A DNA stretch of 64,000 nucleotides from Spirochaetes bacterium GWF1_51_8 (GTDB lineage: Bacteria; Spirochaetota; Brevinematia; Brevinematales; GWF1-51-8). The stretch is taken from assembly GCA_001829415.1 (NCBI GenBank), contig MIBE01000070.1, positions 45,041 to 109,040 of the forward strand, read 5' to 3'. A program made the translations under genes and the position numbers. The notes beneath the pieces were generated by a model. The model was not told the origin of the DNA, made no database searches, and worked only from the letters and a program-made list of their open reading frames with translations. Shown in pieces: positions 32,433 to 41,130 of the stretch (the stretch's first letter is position 1; each line of letters opens with the position of its first letter).

Positions 32433-33683
32433 ATGTTAGGTAACGTATCGCAGGTTTCGATGGCAAACCAATTCACTTTTAATACGAAGAAAACCGAGAA
32501 CGAGCTCCAGAAGGTGCAGAACCAGCTCTCGTCGGGGATGAAGATCGCGCTCCCGAGCGACGATCCGGTCTCCGCGGTCAACTATATGGACTACGACAGC
32601 CGCCTCAAGGAGATACAGACCTATAACGGGCTGATCCAGAACGCTACCGCGAAGGTGGACTATATCGACGGCAAGCTCGGAAGCGCGACCGAAATCCTTC
32701 AGCGCCTGCGCGAACTTGCGGTGCAGATGGCCAACGGTATCTATACCGACGAGGTCAGAATGAACGCCGCGAAGGAAGTGGACGAACTGATGAAGGAACT
32801 TGTCTCGATCGGCAACTCGTACTACAAGGGCGAGCCGATGTTCGGCGGAACGTTTGTCGGCGATGTGCCGTTCAAAGAGACCTATATGACCGATCCAAAA
32901 ACCGGAGAGGAATACCTCGTGGCGGTCAAGTATATTGGAAATAACCAGAGCCAGATCATGGAAATAGAGCAGAACGAGAAGGTCGCGGTCAATCACCCCG
33001 GGAACCAGCTTTTCTGGGCGAAGAACGCGCTCCTGATCCCGAGTATGCCGTCGACCGGATATACCGCGCAAGGCGACTCGAAGATCGTGGTGGACGGACT
33101 CGAGGTCGAGATCAAGACCGGCGACACCCTCGATATCATCGCGAAGAAGATTAACGACTCCGGCGCGGCAGTGAAGGCGAATGTGTTCACCCAGAACGGC
33201 GCGAGCTATTTCACCCTCGAAACGACCTCGCCTCACCAGTTGTCGCTGATGGATACGAACGGAGGCGCGGTGCTCCAGAACCTCGGGATTATCGAGCCCG
33301 GCACCCAGCCCCCGAACAATCTCGCGCCTTCGGCGAAAGTCTACTCGGGCAGTATCTTCGACGTGCTGATCGATTTCCGGAAGGCGTTGGTCGACAACAA
33401 CCAGTTCGATATCGGCGGGAAAATCCTCGGCGGGATCGATATGGCGATGGACAACGTCCTGAAGTACCGGGCGAGTCTCGGCGCGGTGGAAATGCGGATG
33501 CAGACGGTGGCGGACAGGCTCGGCAACGAGGAAATCTATATTTCCGATATCCGCAGTAAAATGATCGACACCGATATGACCAAAGCGATGATAGATATGA
33601 AGATGCTCGAGTTTTCGCACGACGTCGCCCTGAACCTGGGCGCGAGGCTGATGCCTAAGACCCTGCTGGACTTCCTGAGATAA
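32433..33683 (+). CDS. flgL: Flagellar hook-associated protein 3
   Basis: Flagellin-like N-domain 'QVQNQLSSGMKIALPSDDPVSA' and C-domain 'ASLGAVEMRMQTVADRL...DMTKAMIDMKMLEFSHDVALNLGARL'. Confidence 0.85.
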   Translation: MLGNVSQVSMANQFTFNTKKTENELQKVQNQLSSGMKIALPSDDPVSAVNYMDYDSRLKEIQTYNGLIQNATAKVDYIDGKLGSATEILQRLRELAVQMANGIYTDEVRMNAAKEVDELMKELVSIGNSYYKGEPMFGGTFVGDVPFKETYMTDPKTGEEYLVAVKYIGNNQSQIMEIEQNEKVAVNHPGNQLFWAKNALLIPSMPSTGYTAQGDSKIVVDGLEVEIKTGDTLDIIAKKINDSGAAVKANVFTQNGASYFTLETTSPHQLSLMDTNGGAVLQNLGIIEPGTQPPNNLAPSAKVYSGSIFDVLIDFRKALVDNNQFDIGGKILGGIDMAMDNVLKYRASLGAVEMRMQTVADRLGNEEIYISDIRSKMIDTDMTKAMIDMKMLEFSHDVALNLGARLMPKTLLDFLR

Positions 33684-33699
33684 GAATAGTAATTCGATA

Positions 33700-33835
33700 A
33701 AGAGGGCCGTCCTACAAAGGTGAGATTGTCACTGCGGGAAGTGAAACGGCGAAGCAGTCGATTTTCAAAACAATGATTTTATAGATTGCTTCGCAAATCC
33801 TGATGGATAAGCCCGCAATGACTTAACAGATGTAA
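33700..33835. repeat. Family R1 copy 3, between flgL and fliW
   Basis: ttgtcactgcggg (33726-33738), gaagcagtcgat (33751-33762), an AT-rich loop, atagattgcttc (33781-33792) and cccgcaatgac (33812-33822). Confidence 0.85.
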
Positions 33836-33924
33836 TCTGTATTCAAATCTTATGAAGACGTCTTTTTTACAAACTGAAAACTTGCTAAAATTGCACATTG
33901 CTAATAAAGTATATACTGGGAAAT

Positions 33925-34410
33925 ATGGAGGATGGTTTGGAGAGAATTGCAACCAAAGCCTATGGCGAGATCGAAGTTCCCGAAAACAGCGCAATCCAAT
34001 TCGTAGGCCCGATTCTCGGTTTCGAGGAGTTCCAGTACTACTACCTTCTCGAAGTCCGCGACCTTCCGGGTTTTTATTGGCTCCAGAGTAAACAAGACGC
34101 GAATGTCGCATTTATAGTGATCGACCCCCGGACATTCATGAAGGATTACGAACTTGTGATCGACAAGATCGATATGGATATTCTCGAGATCGGCGCGGGC
34201 GACGAAGTCCTCGACTATGTGATAGTGAATATCCCGGAAGACCCCGCGAAGATGACGATGAATATCCTCGGGCCTATCGTGATCAACGCCGCGAAGCGTC
34301 TGGGGATACAGGGGATATCCAACAAGAACGATTACGACACGAAACGCCCGATCTTTCATTCCGACGGCGAGGAAGCGAAGGCGGAGAAAGAGGCCGCGGC
34401 CGGGCAATAG
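33925..34410 (+). CDS. fliW: Flagellar assembly factor FliW
   Basis: 'IQFVGPILGFEEFQYYYLLEVRDLPGFYWLQSKQDANVAFIVIDP' is the FliW core. The start is set at the first ATG after the repeat element. Confidence 0.9.
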   Translation: MEDGLERIATKAYGEIEVPENSAIQFVGPILGFEEFQYYYLLEVRDLPGFYWLQSKQDANVAFIVIDPRTFMKDYELVIDKIDMDILEIGAGDEVLDYVIVNIPEDPAKMTMNILGPIVINAAKRLGIQGISNKNDYDTKRPIFHSDGEEAKAEKEAAAGQ

Positions 34411-34449
34411 TAATCCGGCGGTTTAAAGAAGTATTGGGAGGATGCACCT

Positions 34450-34683
34450 TTGCTGGTATTATCCCGAAAAGAGAACGAGTCGATCATTATCAATGACGAC
34501 ATTATTATAAAAATAGTCAGTTTGAAGCCCGATCAGGTCAAACTGGGAATAGTCGCGCCCAAGGAAGTGAAGATTTACCGGATGGAAATCTACGACGAGA
34601 TCCAGAAGGAAAACCAGGCAGCGGCGATGACCGCTCCGAAGCTGGACGCGTTAAAAGACGTAATCAAACAAAAAAAGGAATAG
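34450..34683 (+). CDS. csrA: Carbon storage regulator CsrA
   Basis: TTG start after a GGGAGGA RBS. 'MLVLSRKENESIIINDDIIIKIVSLKPDQVKLGIVAPKEVKIYRMEIY'. Confidence 0.9.
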   Translation: MLVLSRKENESIIINDDIIIKIVSLKPDQVKLGIVAPKEVKIYRMEIYDEIQKENQAAAMTAPKLDALKDVIKQKKE

Positions 34684-34698
34684 GGATAGGAGGGAAGC

Positions 34699-34920
34699 AT
34701 GATTCCCAAGGACAAACTCGATATGCTCCAGTACTACAATAAGGGTTTGGAGCTTTACAAACAGAGACAGTTCCAGGAAGCGCGAAAGTACTTTGCAAAA
34801 TGTCTCGAGATGCTTCCCGGCGACGGCCCCTCGCAGTTGTATGTCGAACGCTGCGACGCTTTTATTAAAACTCCGCCCCCCGAAAACTGGGACGGCGTAT
34901 TCACGATGACCACAAAATAA
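34699..34920 (+). CDS. 73-aa TPR-like helical protein
   Basis: GGAGGGA RBS. 'YNKGLELYKQRQFQEARKYFAKCLEMLPGDGPSQLYVERCDAFIKTPPPENWDGVF'. Sits 15 nt after csrA. Confidence 0.55.
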   Translation: MIPKDKLDMLQYYNKGLELYKQRQFQEARKYFAKCLEMLPGDGPSQLYVERCDAFIKTPPPENWDGVFTMTTK

Positions 34921-34946
34921 AATCGATAGACATGGAGGACTTTTAA

Positions 34947-35306
34947 ATGGCTCAGACTATTGATCCTTACCGCGATTTTCCGACAAAGACAACCCTTAGC
35001 GGAAATACATTTTTCGACGGCACGATGAAATTCAAGGACTCGCTCCGGATAGACGGCAAGTACCACGGCAAGATCGACGCGAAGGGCTTGCTCGTGATCG
35101 GGCCGGAAAGTAAGCTCGAAGGCGATATCTTCTGCGACGAAGTGATTATCGGCGGGGAAATCCGCGGGAATATCACCGCGCGCAAACGACTCGAACTCCT
35201 GACCACCGCGAAGCTTTACGGAGACATCAGCACCCCGAAACTTAAGATCGCGGACGGCGTCGTGTTCGAAGGGAACTGCGAGATGACGACTGTAAAAGCC
35301 GAGTAA
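34947..35306 (+). CDS. Bactofilin (polymer-forming cytoskeletal protein)
   Basis: 'GKIDAKGLLVIGPESKLEGDIFCDEVIIGGEIRGNITARKRLELLTTAKLYGDISTPKLKIADGVVFEGNCEM' is the DUF583/bactofilin beta-helix pattern. Confidence 0.85.
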   Translation: MAQTIDPYRDFPTKTTLSGNTFFDGTMKFKDSLRIDGKYHGKIDAKGLLVIGPESKLEGDIFCDEVIIGGEIRGNITARKRLELLTTAKLYGDISTPKLKIADGVVFEGNCEMTTVKAE

Positions 35307-35396
35307 AAATTCTGTAATAATATTTCTCAAGATTGACAAAATTGGCGTTTCCTATTATTATTATATCGTTGGAAATGTATCTGAGTGGAGGAACCT

Positions 35397-35732
35397 ATGA
35401 TTGATGCCGAGAAAAGAGGGGATATTGTCATCCTGCGTGTTTCGGGAAGACTCGAAATCAACCAGGCCCTCGAACTGGAAGAGGTCATCAATACACATAT
35501 AAATAACGGCAGTAAGCTTTTTATATTCGATTTGGGTGACGTGCATTATCTTTCGAGTTCAGGTATCCGCGTTTTTATCGCGACATTACGCCAGCTTAAG
35601 GATATCAGCGGCCGTTTGATCCTTTCGAACCTCAGCCAGAATGTAGTCAAGACCCTGAAAATCGTGGAACTCGACGGCTTGTTCGAGATCATCAACAGCG
35701 TGGACGACGCCGTTAAAATCATGACGAACTAA
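35397..35732 (+). CDS. STAS-domain anti-sigma-factor antagonist
   Basis: The start follows a GGAGGA RBS. 'IVILRVSGRLEINQALELEEVI...LSSSGIRVFIATLRQLK' is SpoIIAA-like, including the conserved Ser region. Confidence 0.8.
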   Translation: MIDAEKRGDIVILRVSGRLEINQALELEEVINTHINNGSKLFIFDLGDVHYLSSSGIRVFIATLRQLKDISGRLILSNLSQNVVKTLKIVELDGLFEIINSVDDAVKIMTN

Positions 35733-36142
35733 TGGGTTCGCGTTTCCTTCTGGCCTTAGCCGGGTTTGTTCTGATCTGCGGCGCGGGCGGTCTCTGGCTC
35801 GGAATGAAATTACTACAAAAAAAACGAATTATCAAAAGCCTTCTCTCCCTTCCCAAGGAGAGAAGGTTTTTTTGGTATAAACTCAGGCAGTCCGGCTTCG
35901 AAATCTACAGTCAGGCGGTCTCCCGCGACGAAAAGTTTTTTGTCGACGATAACGAGAAGCATTGCGGACTGCGCGCGGATTTTCTCGCGCGGCGCGACGG
36001 GCGGAAGTATGTCTGCCTCTCCGCGGGCTCACTCGACGAAAAAGAGCTCCTGAAAATCTATTTTACCTACCGTTATTTTTTTAAGACGGACGGCGTGGTT
36101 TTTTACGACCAAAACGCGCGCGCGTTAGTCAAATGGGATTGA
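35732..36142 (+). CDS. Membrane-anchored 136-aa protein, function unknown
   Basis: TAATG overlap with the STAS gene. N-terminal TM 'FLLALAGFVLICGAGGLWLGM'. No motif recognised. Confidence 0.5.
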   Translation: MGSRFLLALAGFVLICGAGGLWLGMKLLQKKRIIKSLLSLPKERRFFWYKLRQSGFEIYSQAVSRDEKFFVDDNEKHCGLRADFLARRDGRKYVCLSAGSLDEKELLKIYFTYRYFFKTDGVVFYDQNARALVKWD

Positions 36143-36166
36143 ACGGCGGTTTTTTCGGAGAATAAT

Positions 36167-37297
36167 ATGGAACGCGTAATACTTTTAGGGGCGACCGGCT
36201 CGATAGGCGGCTCGGCGCTCGACATCCTCCGGGCGCATAGGGATCGTTTCGAACTTGTGGGTGTGAGTGGGTGGGGCAACAAGGAACGTCTCGCAGAGAT
36301 CGCGTCCGAGTTCGGCCCCCGTTATATCTGCCTGCGCGAGGAGTCCCGCGAGTTCATGTCGCGTTTCCCCGGCAAGGAGTTCCTGTTCGGGTGCGGAGGC
36401 CTCGATCAGATGGCCGCGTTGACTGACGCTGACACCGTCATCATGGCGGTCTCCGGCACGGCCGGCCTCATGCCGACCCTCTCGGCGATCCGTTCGGGTA
36501 AACGGCTCCTCACCGCCAATAAAGAATCCATCGTCTGCGCGGGCGAAATCATTATGGACGAAGCCGCCGCCCGCGATACCGAGCTGGTCCCGTTGGACAG
36601 CGAACATAACGCAATCTTCAACCTGCTGACGCGGATCGATCCCGACACTGTTTCCGAGATCACCTTGACTGCGTCAGGCGGGCCCTTCCGCGAGAAGCCT
36701 ATCGACGAAACCGTCACTCTCGAGCAGGTGCTCGACCACCCCACATGGGATATGGGGCGGTATATCACCGCGAACAGCGCGACATTGATGAACAAGGGTT
36801 TCGAGGTGATCGAGGCGCATCACCTGTTCGCGATGGAGTACGAGCAGATTCGCGTGATGATCCATCCGCAGTCGCTGGTGCACGGCATGGTGCGGACGTC
36901 GGACGGAAGCCTCTATCTCTCGGCCTCGCCGAGCGATATGCGGATCCCGATTTCACTCGCGATGTTCTTCCCGGGGCTTCCGCCGCAGACCGGCGAGCCT
37001 CTCGCGCTGGGCGGGCTGACATTCGATTTCGCCGATCCCGACTGGGTGAAGTTCCCGATGCTCGGCCTCGCGTATGAGTGCGGAAAGGCCGGGGGCTTGA
37101 TGCCCGCCGCGCTGAACGCCGCCAACGAAACGATCGTGCACGCGTTCCTCGATGGGAAAGTGCCGTTTTTCAGGATACCGGAAATGGTCGCCGATGTGCT
37201 GGACGGTGTGACGAACAAGAGCGCGCCTTCGCTCGACGAGATTCTCGAGACCGACACGCGGATACGTGTAGTATGCGATGAGATGATCGGCGGATGA
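36167..37297 (+). CDS. dxr: 1-deoxy-D-xylulose 5-phosphate reductoisomerase
   Basis: 'LGATGSIGGSALDI', 'LDSEHNAIFNLL' and 'NKGFEVIEAHHLF'. Confidence 0.9.
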   Translation: MERVILLGATGSIGGSALDILRAHRDRFELVGVSGWGNKERLAEIASEFGPRYICLREESREFMSRFPGKEFLFGCGGLDQMAALTDADTVIMAVSGTAGLMPTLSAIRSGKRLLTANKESIVCAGEIIMDEAAARDTELVPLDSEHNAIFNLLTRIDPDTVSEITLTASGGPFREKPIDETVTLEQVLDHPTWDMGRYITANSATLMNKGFEVIEAHHLFAMEYEQIRVMIHPQSLVHGMVRTSDGSLYLSASPSDMRIPISLAMFFPGLPPQTGEPLALGGLTFDFADPDWVKFPMLGLAYECGKAGGLMPAALNAANETIVHAFLDGKVPFFRIPEMVADVLDGVTNKSAPSLDEILETDTRIRVVCDEMIGG

Positions 37298-37458
37298 AGT
37301 TCCTATCGGCTCATTCTTCATCATGCTTCGACTATGCTCATCCCTCGACATCCCGGTGGGGAAGCCGGGACAAGAGCTCGGGATGACATTTTCTCAATGC
37401 TGCGCTCCGGATGACTTTTCTAAAACCCGTGGTGATGAAAAGTGTCACAATATTTCTA

Positions 37459-37509
37459 CCGAACGTCATGCCGAACGTCATACCGAACGTCATAGTGAGC
37501 CTGCCGAAC
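37459..37509. repeat. 12-nt tandem repeat (3 copies) plus a related tail
   Basis: ccgaacgtcatg / ccgaacgtcata / ccgaacgtcata, then gtgagcctgccgaac. The reverse complement resembles 'ttcggcaRgctcaNcatgacg' at 6224-6247 and 11203-11224. Confidence 0.85.
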
Positions 37510-37552
37510 TATAATGAACTAAGGCAATCCTATTCCGCATTCCCGCCAACCT

Positions 37553-37581
37553 TTGACAAACAAATCCCGTTATTCTATAAT
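37553..37581 (+). promoter_or_regulatory. Consensus sigma70 promoter of the ABC-2 permease gene
   Basis: TTGACA (37553-37558), 17 nt, TATAAT (37576-37581). An AAGGAGG RBS precedes the ATG at 37605. Confidence 0.65.
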
Positions 37582-37604
37582 ACTTTCCCTGAAAGGAGGA
37601 ACCG

Positions 37605-38402
37605 ATGGTCGCGGTCGAAGTAAATACCCCGTCTTTAGTTCAGCGCATTTTCAGCGTCTGGTACCGGCATGTCCGTGTCTACAGCAGTCACCTGATCTCG
37701 AACGCCATCCCGCCGTTATTCGAGCCTCTCCTGTTTCTCGCGGGGATCGGCCTCGGGCTCGGGCGGTACATGGTGCCGATGGAGAACGTGCCGTTCCTTA
37801 CCTACATGGGAAGCGGGTTATTGATGACGAGCGCGATGATGACCGCGGCGTTCGAGTGCACCTACGGGACGTTTATCCGGCTGGAGTTCGATAAGGCGTA
37901 CGACGGGATGATCTCGTCGCCGCTGTCCTACAAGGACGTCCTGATCGGCGAAATCATTTGGGCGGGGACGAAGGGCGCGTTCTTCACGATCTGCGTGCTC
38001 CTCGTACTCGTGATCTTCGACGTCATCCCGGTGACGTTCGCGAACCTCACGCCGCTTCTGACGATCATAGTCGGGTTCTTTACCGGTATCATTTTCGGCG
38101 CGTTCTCGATGTGCATTACGTCGTTTACCGGCAACCTCAACCATTTCAACTTCTACTTCACGGGACTCCTCACGCCGATGTTCTACTTCTGCGGCGTGTT
38201 CTTCCCGGTGTCCGATCTCCCCGCTTTCGCGATTCCCATCGCCGAAGCCGTCCCGTTAACACACTGCGTGCGGATCGCGCGAGCGTTCGCGATAGGCGAA
38301 TACCCGCCGGGACTGTGGATCGACATCGTGTACGTGCTCGGGGCGTCGGTGCTGTTCACATGGCTGGCGGTGGCGCTGATGCGGAAACGGCTTATCGATT
38401 AG
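37605..38402 (+). CDS. ABC-2-type transporter permease
   Basis: 265 aa and six TM helices. The N-terminus 'VWYRHVRVYSSHLISNAIPPLFEPLLFLAGIGLGLG' is typical of ABC-2 (NodJ/DrrB-like) permeases. Confidence 0.8.
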   Translation: MVAVEVNTPSLVQRIFSVWYRHVRVYSSHLISNAIPPLFEPLLFLAGIGLGLGRYMVPMENVPFLTYMGSGLLMTSAMMTAAFECTYGTFIRLEFDKAYDGMISSPLSYKDVLIGEIIWAGTKGAFFTICVLLVLVIFDVIPVTFANLTPLLTIIVGFFTGIIFGAFSMCITSFTGNLNHFNFYFTGLLTPMFYFCGVFFPVSDLPAFAIPIAEAVPLTHCVRIARAFAIGEYPPGLWIDIVYVLGASVLFTWLAVALMRKRLID

Positions 38403-38679
38403 CTTGGGCGAGACGTGTCATAAACTCATCTTTAGTAAAACCTTCGATCTCAATCGTCTTATTGCGCGAGGTTTGCCCGCGCATGATGGTGATATCGCGT
38501 TTAGGTATGCCGAGGATTTCCGAAAGCGCCACGGCAACCGCGTCGTTCGCCTTGCCGTCCACGGGCGGCGCGGTGATCCTGACTACTACCGTCTCGCCGG
38601 CGAGTTCCGCCGAGGTGTGCTTGCTTCTCGGGACAGCCTTGATATCGACTGTCAGGACTTTGTTTTTTTCGGAAATCAT
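38392..38679 (-). CDS. DUF167 (YggU-like) protein
   Basis: 'VRITAPPVDGKANDAVAVALSEILGIPKRDITIMRGQTSRNKTIEI'. Confidence 0.8.
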   Translation of the reverse strand: MISEKNKVLTVDIKAVPRSKHTSAELAGETVVVRITAPPVDGKANDAVAVALSEILGIPKRDITIMRGQTSRNKTIEIEGFTKDEFMTRLAQANR

Positions 38680-38957
38680 CCCGTGATGGCGAAACGGATT
38701 CTTTCGATCACGAAGCTCAGGACGTTAATGATGATAAGGAGATAGAACGGCGACAGGTCGAACATCCCGATACGGAGCGGCGGAAGGATTTTCAGGATGC
38801 CGAGATAGACCGGCTCGATCAGGCCCGAAACGAACTTCACAAGGGGGTTCTCGCGGCTGATCGGAAACCATCCGAGGAGGATATAGGCGATGAAGATCCA
38901 ACTGTAGCATTGAAGGGCAAAGGCAAGAAAGTCGAGAAAGATTATCCAGAATTCCAT
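38676..38957 (-). CDS. yggT: YggT-family membrane protein
   Basis: 93 aa with two or three TM helices. Its position between proC and DUF167 is the conserved yggS-proC-yggT arrangement. ATGA overlap with DUF167. Confidence 0.75.
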   Translation of the reverse strand: MEFWIIFLDFLAFALQCYSWIFIAYILLGWFPISRENPLVKFVSGLIEPVYLGILKILPPLRIGMFDLSPFYLLIIINVLSFVIERIRFAITG

Positions 38958-38960
38958 TTG

Positions 38961-39773
38961 TTATCCTCCGAGTTCTCGGGAACGTTGGGCGGCGGCGCGG
39001 ACCGCGTCCATGATGTCCGCGCGGAACGAGCCTCTTTCGAGGGCGTAGAGTCCGGCAGCTGTGGTGCCCCCGGGCGACATCACGCGGTCTTTCAGTTCTT
39101 CGGGATGCACTCCTTCAGCGAGCGCTTCCTTCGTCATCTTCGCCGCGCCGAGCACGGTCTGCGACGCGAGCTTTTTCGCCTTATCGCGCGGAAGACCTTC
39201 CCGCACTGCGGCGTCGACCATCGCGGAGATAAAGATATAGACATACGCGGGGCCCGAGCCCGAAAGCCCGGTCACTATATCGAGATGCTCTTCCTTAGCG
39301 ACTTCCTCGGCGATCCCGCAGGAAGAGAATATCTTCATGACGTTATCCTTCTGCCCGGCGGAAAACTTGCCGTCGAAATAGAGCCCGGTCGCGCCTTCGC
39401 CCGCGAGCATCGGCGTGTTCGGCATCGCGCGCACGATCAGCGCCTGAGCGAGATGTTTCCGGTACACAGCGGCCTTCAATCCGGCCGCGATGGAAATCAC
39501 GACCTTATCCTGCTTGTCGAGGATGCTTTTATGCTCGGCGACCATCGCTTCGACATCGAGGGGTTTTACCGCAACGATGACATAGTCCGAGGCTTCGATC
39601 GTTTCTTTGATATTGCTCTTCAGGACGATCCCGAAGTCCTTCGCGTTCTTCTCGGCCTTGTCGCGGGCGATATCGTACACAAAGACGTCATTCGCGGCTA
39701 CCGCGCCGGATTTGACCATCCCGCCGATAATCGCGGTACCCATATTCCCGCAGCCGATCATTCCTATTTTCAC
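38961..39773 (-). CDS. proC: Pyrroline-5-carboxylate reductase
   Basis: GTG start after a GGAGGA RBS. 'KIGMIGCGNMGTAIIGGM' Rossmann motif and 'SPGGTTAAGL'. Confidence 0.9.
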   Translation of the reverse strand: MKIGMIGCGNMGTAIIGGMVKSGAVAANDVFVYDIARDKAEKNAKDFGIVLKSNIKETIEASDYVIVAVKPLDVEAMVAEHKSILDKQDKVVISIAAGLKAAVYRKHLAQALIVRAMPNTPMLAGEGATGLYFDGKFSAGQKDNVMKIFSSCGIAEEVAKEEHLDIVTGLSGSGPAYVYIFISAMVDAAVREGLPRDKAKKLASQTVLGAAKMTKEALAEGVHPEELKDRVMSPGGTTAAGLYALERGSFRADIMDAVRAAAQRSRELGG

Positions 39774-39789
39774 TTGTTCCTCCGAAGTC

Positions 39790-40488
39790 TTATTCGCTCG
39801 CCGGGTAATTTCTTTCCCCGAAAATGATCCTTCCTAAACGTACCATATTCGATCCCTCCGCGATAGCCCATTCGAAATCGTCGGTCATCCCCATCGAAAG
39901 GATATCGAGCACGGCGTCACGGTAGACATTCCGCATCCGTTCGGCGGTCCGCCGCAGGAGCGCGAACGCTTCACGGACGGCTTTTTCGTCGGGAGTGAAC
40001 GGCGCAATCGTCATGTATCCCCGGACAACGAGGTTCGGGAGTTCGAGTATGCGCCCGGTGAACTCTTCCGCCTTCACGGGATCGATTCCCGTTTTCGACG
40101 CCTCGTCCGACGTCTTTATCTCGATCAGTACGTTCAGCTTTTTACCGAGTTCGCCCGCGCGCCGGTCGAGTTTCCGGCATGTCTCCTGTTCGTCCGCGGA
40201 CTGTATCCAGTCGAACACCGACGCGGCCTTGTTCGCCTTATTCTCCTGAAGGTGTCCCAAGAGATGTCGCGAGAAAACCAGATCGGGGATTTCCGCGAAT
40301 TTCTTTTCCGCCTCCTGCACACGGTTTTCGCCGATATGCTTCATCCCGGCGGAGACCGCTGAGACGATATCCCCCGACGGGCGGGTCTTCGAGACCGCCA
40401 CCAGCTCGACATACTGCTTCGTTCCGGCGCGGTCTTTCGCGCGTTCGATCCTTTCTAAGACAGACTCGATGTTCTCACGAATCGGCAT
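39790..40488 (-). CDS. yggS: YggS-family pyridoxal-phosphate homeostasis protein
   Basis: 'VELVAVSKTRP' (PLP lysine), 'HLLGHLQENK' and 'LSMGMTDDFEWAIAEGSNMVRLG'. Confidence 0.85.
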   Translation of the reverse strand: MPIRENIESVLERIERAKDRAGTKQYVELVAVSKTRPSGDIVSAVSAGMKHIGENRVQEAEKKFAEIPDLVFSRHLLGHLQENKANKAASVFDWIQSADEQETCRKLDRRAGELGKKLNVLIEIKTSDEASKTGIDPVKAEEFTGRILELPNLVVRGYMTIAPFTPDEKAVREAFALLRRTAERMRNVYRDAVLDILSMGMTDDFEWAIAEGSNMVRLGRIIFGERNYPASE

Positions 40489-40544
40489 AGTTATCCCCGG
40501 GAATATTATACAGGAATCTAATAAAAAAATCGATTTCCATCAAA

Positions 40545-40578
40545 TAAAAAAACGGACTGCGAACAGTCCGTCGTTTTT
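40545..40578 (-). terminator. Rho-independent (bidirectional) terminator after the oxidoreductase operon
   Basis: Perfect 8-bp stem acggactg (40552-40559) with cagtccgt (40564-40571) and loop cgaa, flanked by an A-run and a T-run. Confidence 0.7.
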
Positions 40579-40590
40579 GTGTTTATTCGG

Positions 40591-41127
40591 TTAAACTAAG
40601 TTGTATCCCAGCTCGAGAGCCTTATAGTTCAGGTTCACCATGCTCTCGCCCTTCTTGACGAATTTGTCGTGGATCGAGCGCTTCATCTCTTCGAGCGTGA
40701 TGACTAATCTCTCACGGATATAACGTCCGATCATGATGATGTTCGCTATTTTCAGGTTGCCCAGCGTGTCGAGCGCCATCGTCTCCATCGGCACTTTAAC
40801 CACTGTCTTTCCGGGGAAATCGAACTCCTTTTTGATCACTGACGAGTTCATCATAATTAGCCCGCCGTCCGCGACCATATCGGCGAACTTCAGCAGCGAC
40901 GGCTCGTTGAACGCCATCAATGTATCGACCTCTGTGATCAGGGGCGCGCCGATCTTTTTATCCGAAATGATGACATGGCAGTTCGCAGTCCCGCCGCGCA
41001 TCTCAATCCCGTAAGACGGAAAAAACGTGGCTTCCAAGCCGATATGAACAGCCGACTCCGCCAGCATCAATCCCGCGGAAAGTACGCCCTGCCCTCCGAA
41101 TCCCGATATAATGATTCTTTCAGTCAT
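40591..41127 (-). CDS. 2-oxoacid:ferredoxin oxidoreductase, gamma subunit
   Basis: 'IIISGFGGQGVLSAGLMLA' is the POR/KOR gamma-subunit motif. Confidence 0.85.
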   Translation of the reverse strand: MTERIIISGFGGQGVLSAGLMLAESAVHIGLEATFFPSYGIEMRGGTANCHVIISDKKIGAPLITEVDTLMAFNEPSLLKFADMVADGGLIMMNSSVIKKEFDFPGKTVVKVPMETMALDTLGNLKIANIIMIGRYIRERLVITLEEMKRSIHDKFVKKGESMVNLNYKALELGYNLV

Positions 41128-41130
41128 GGC

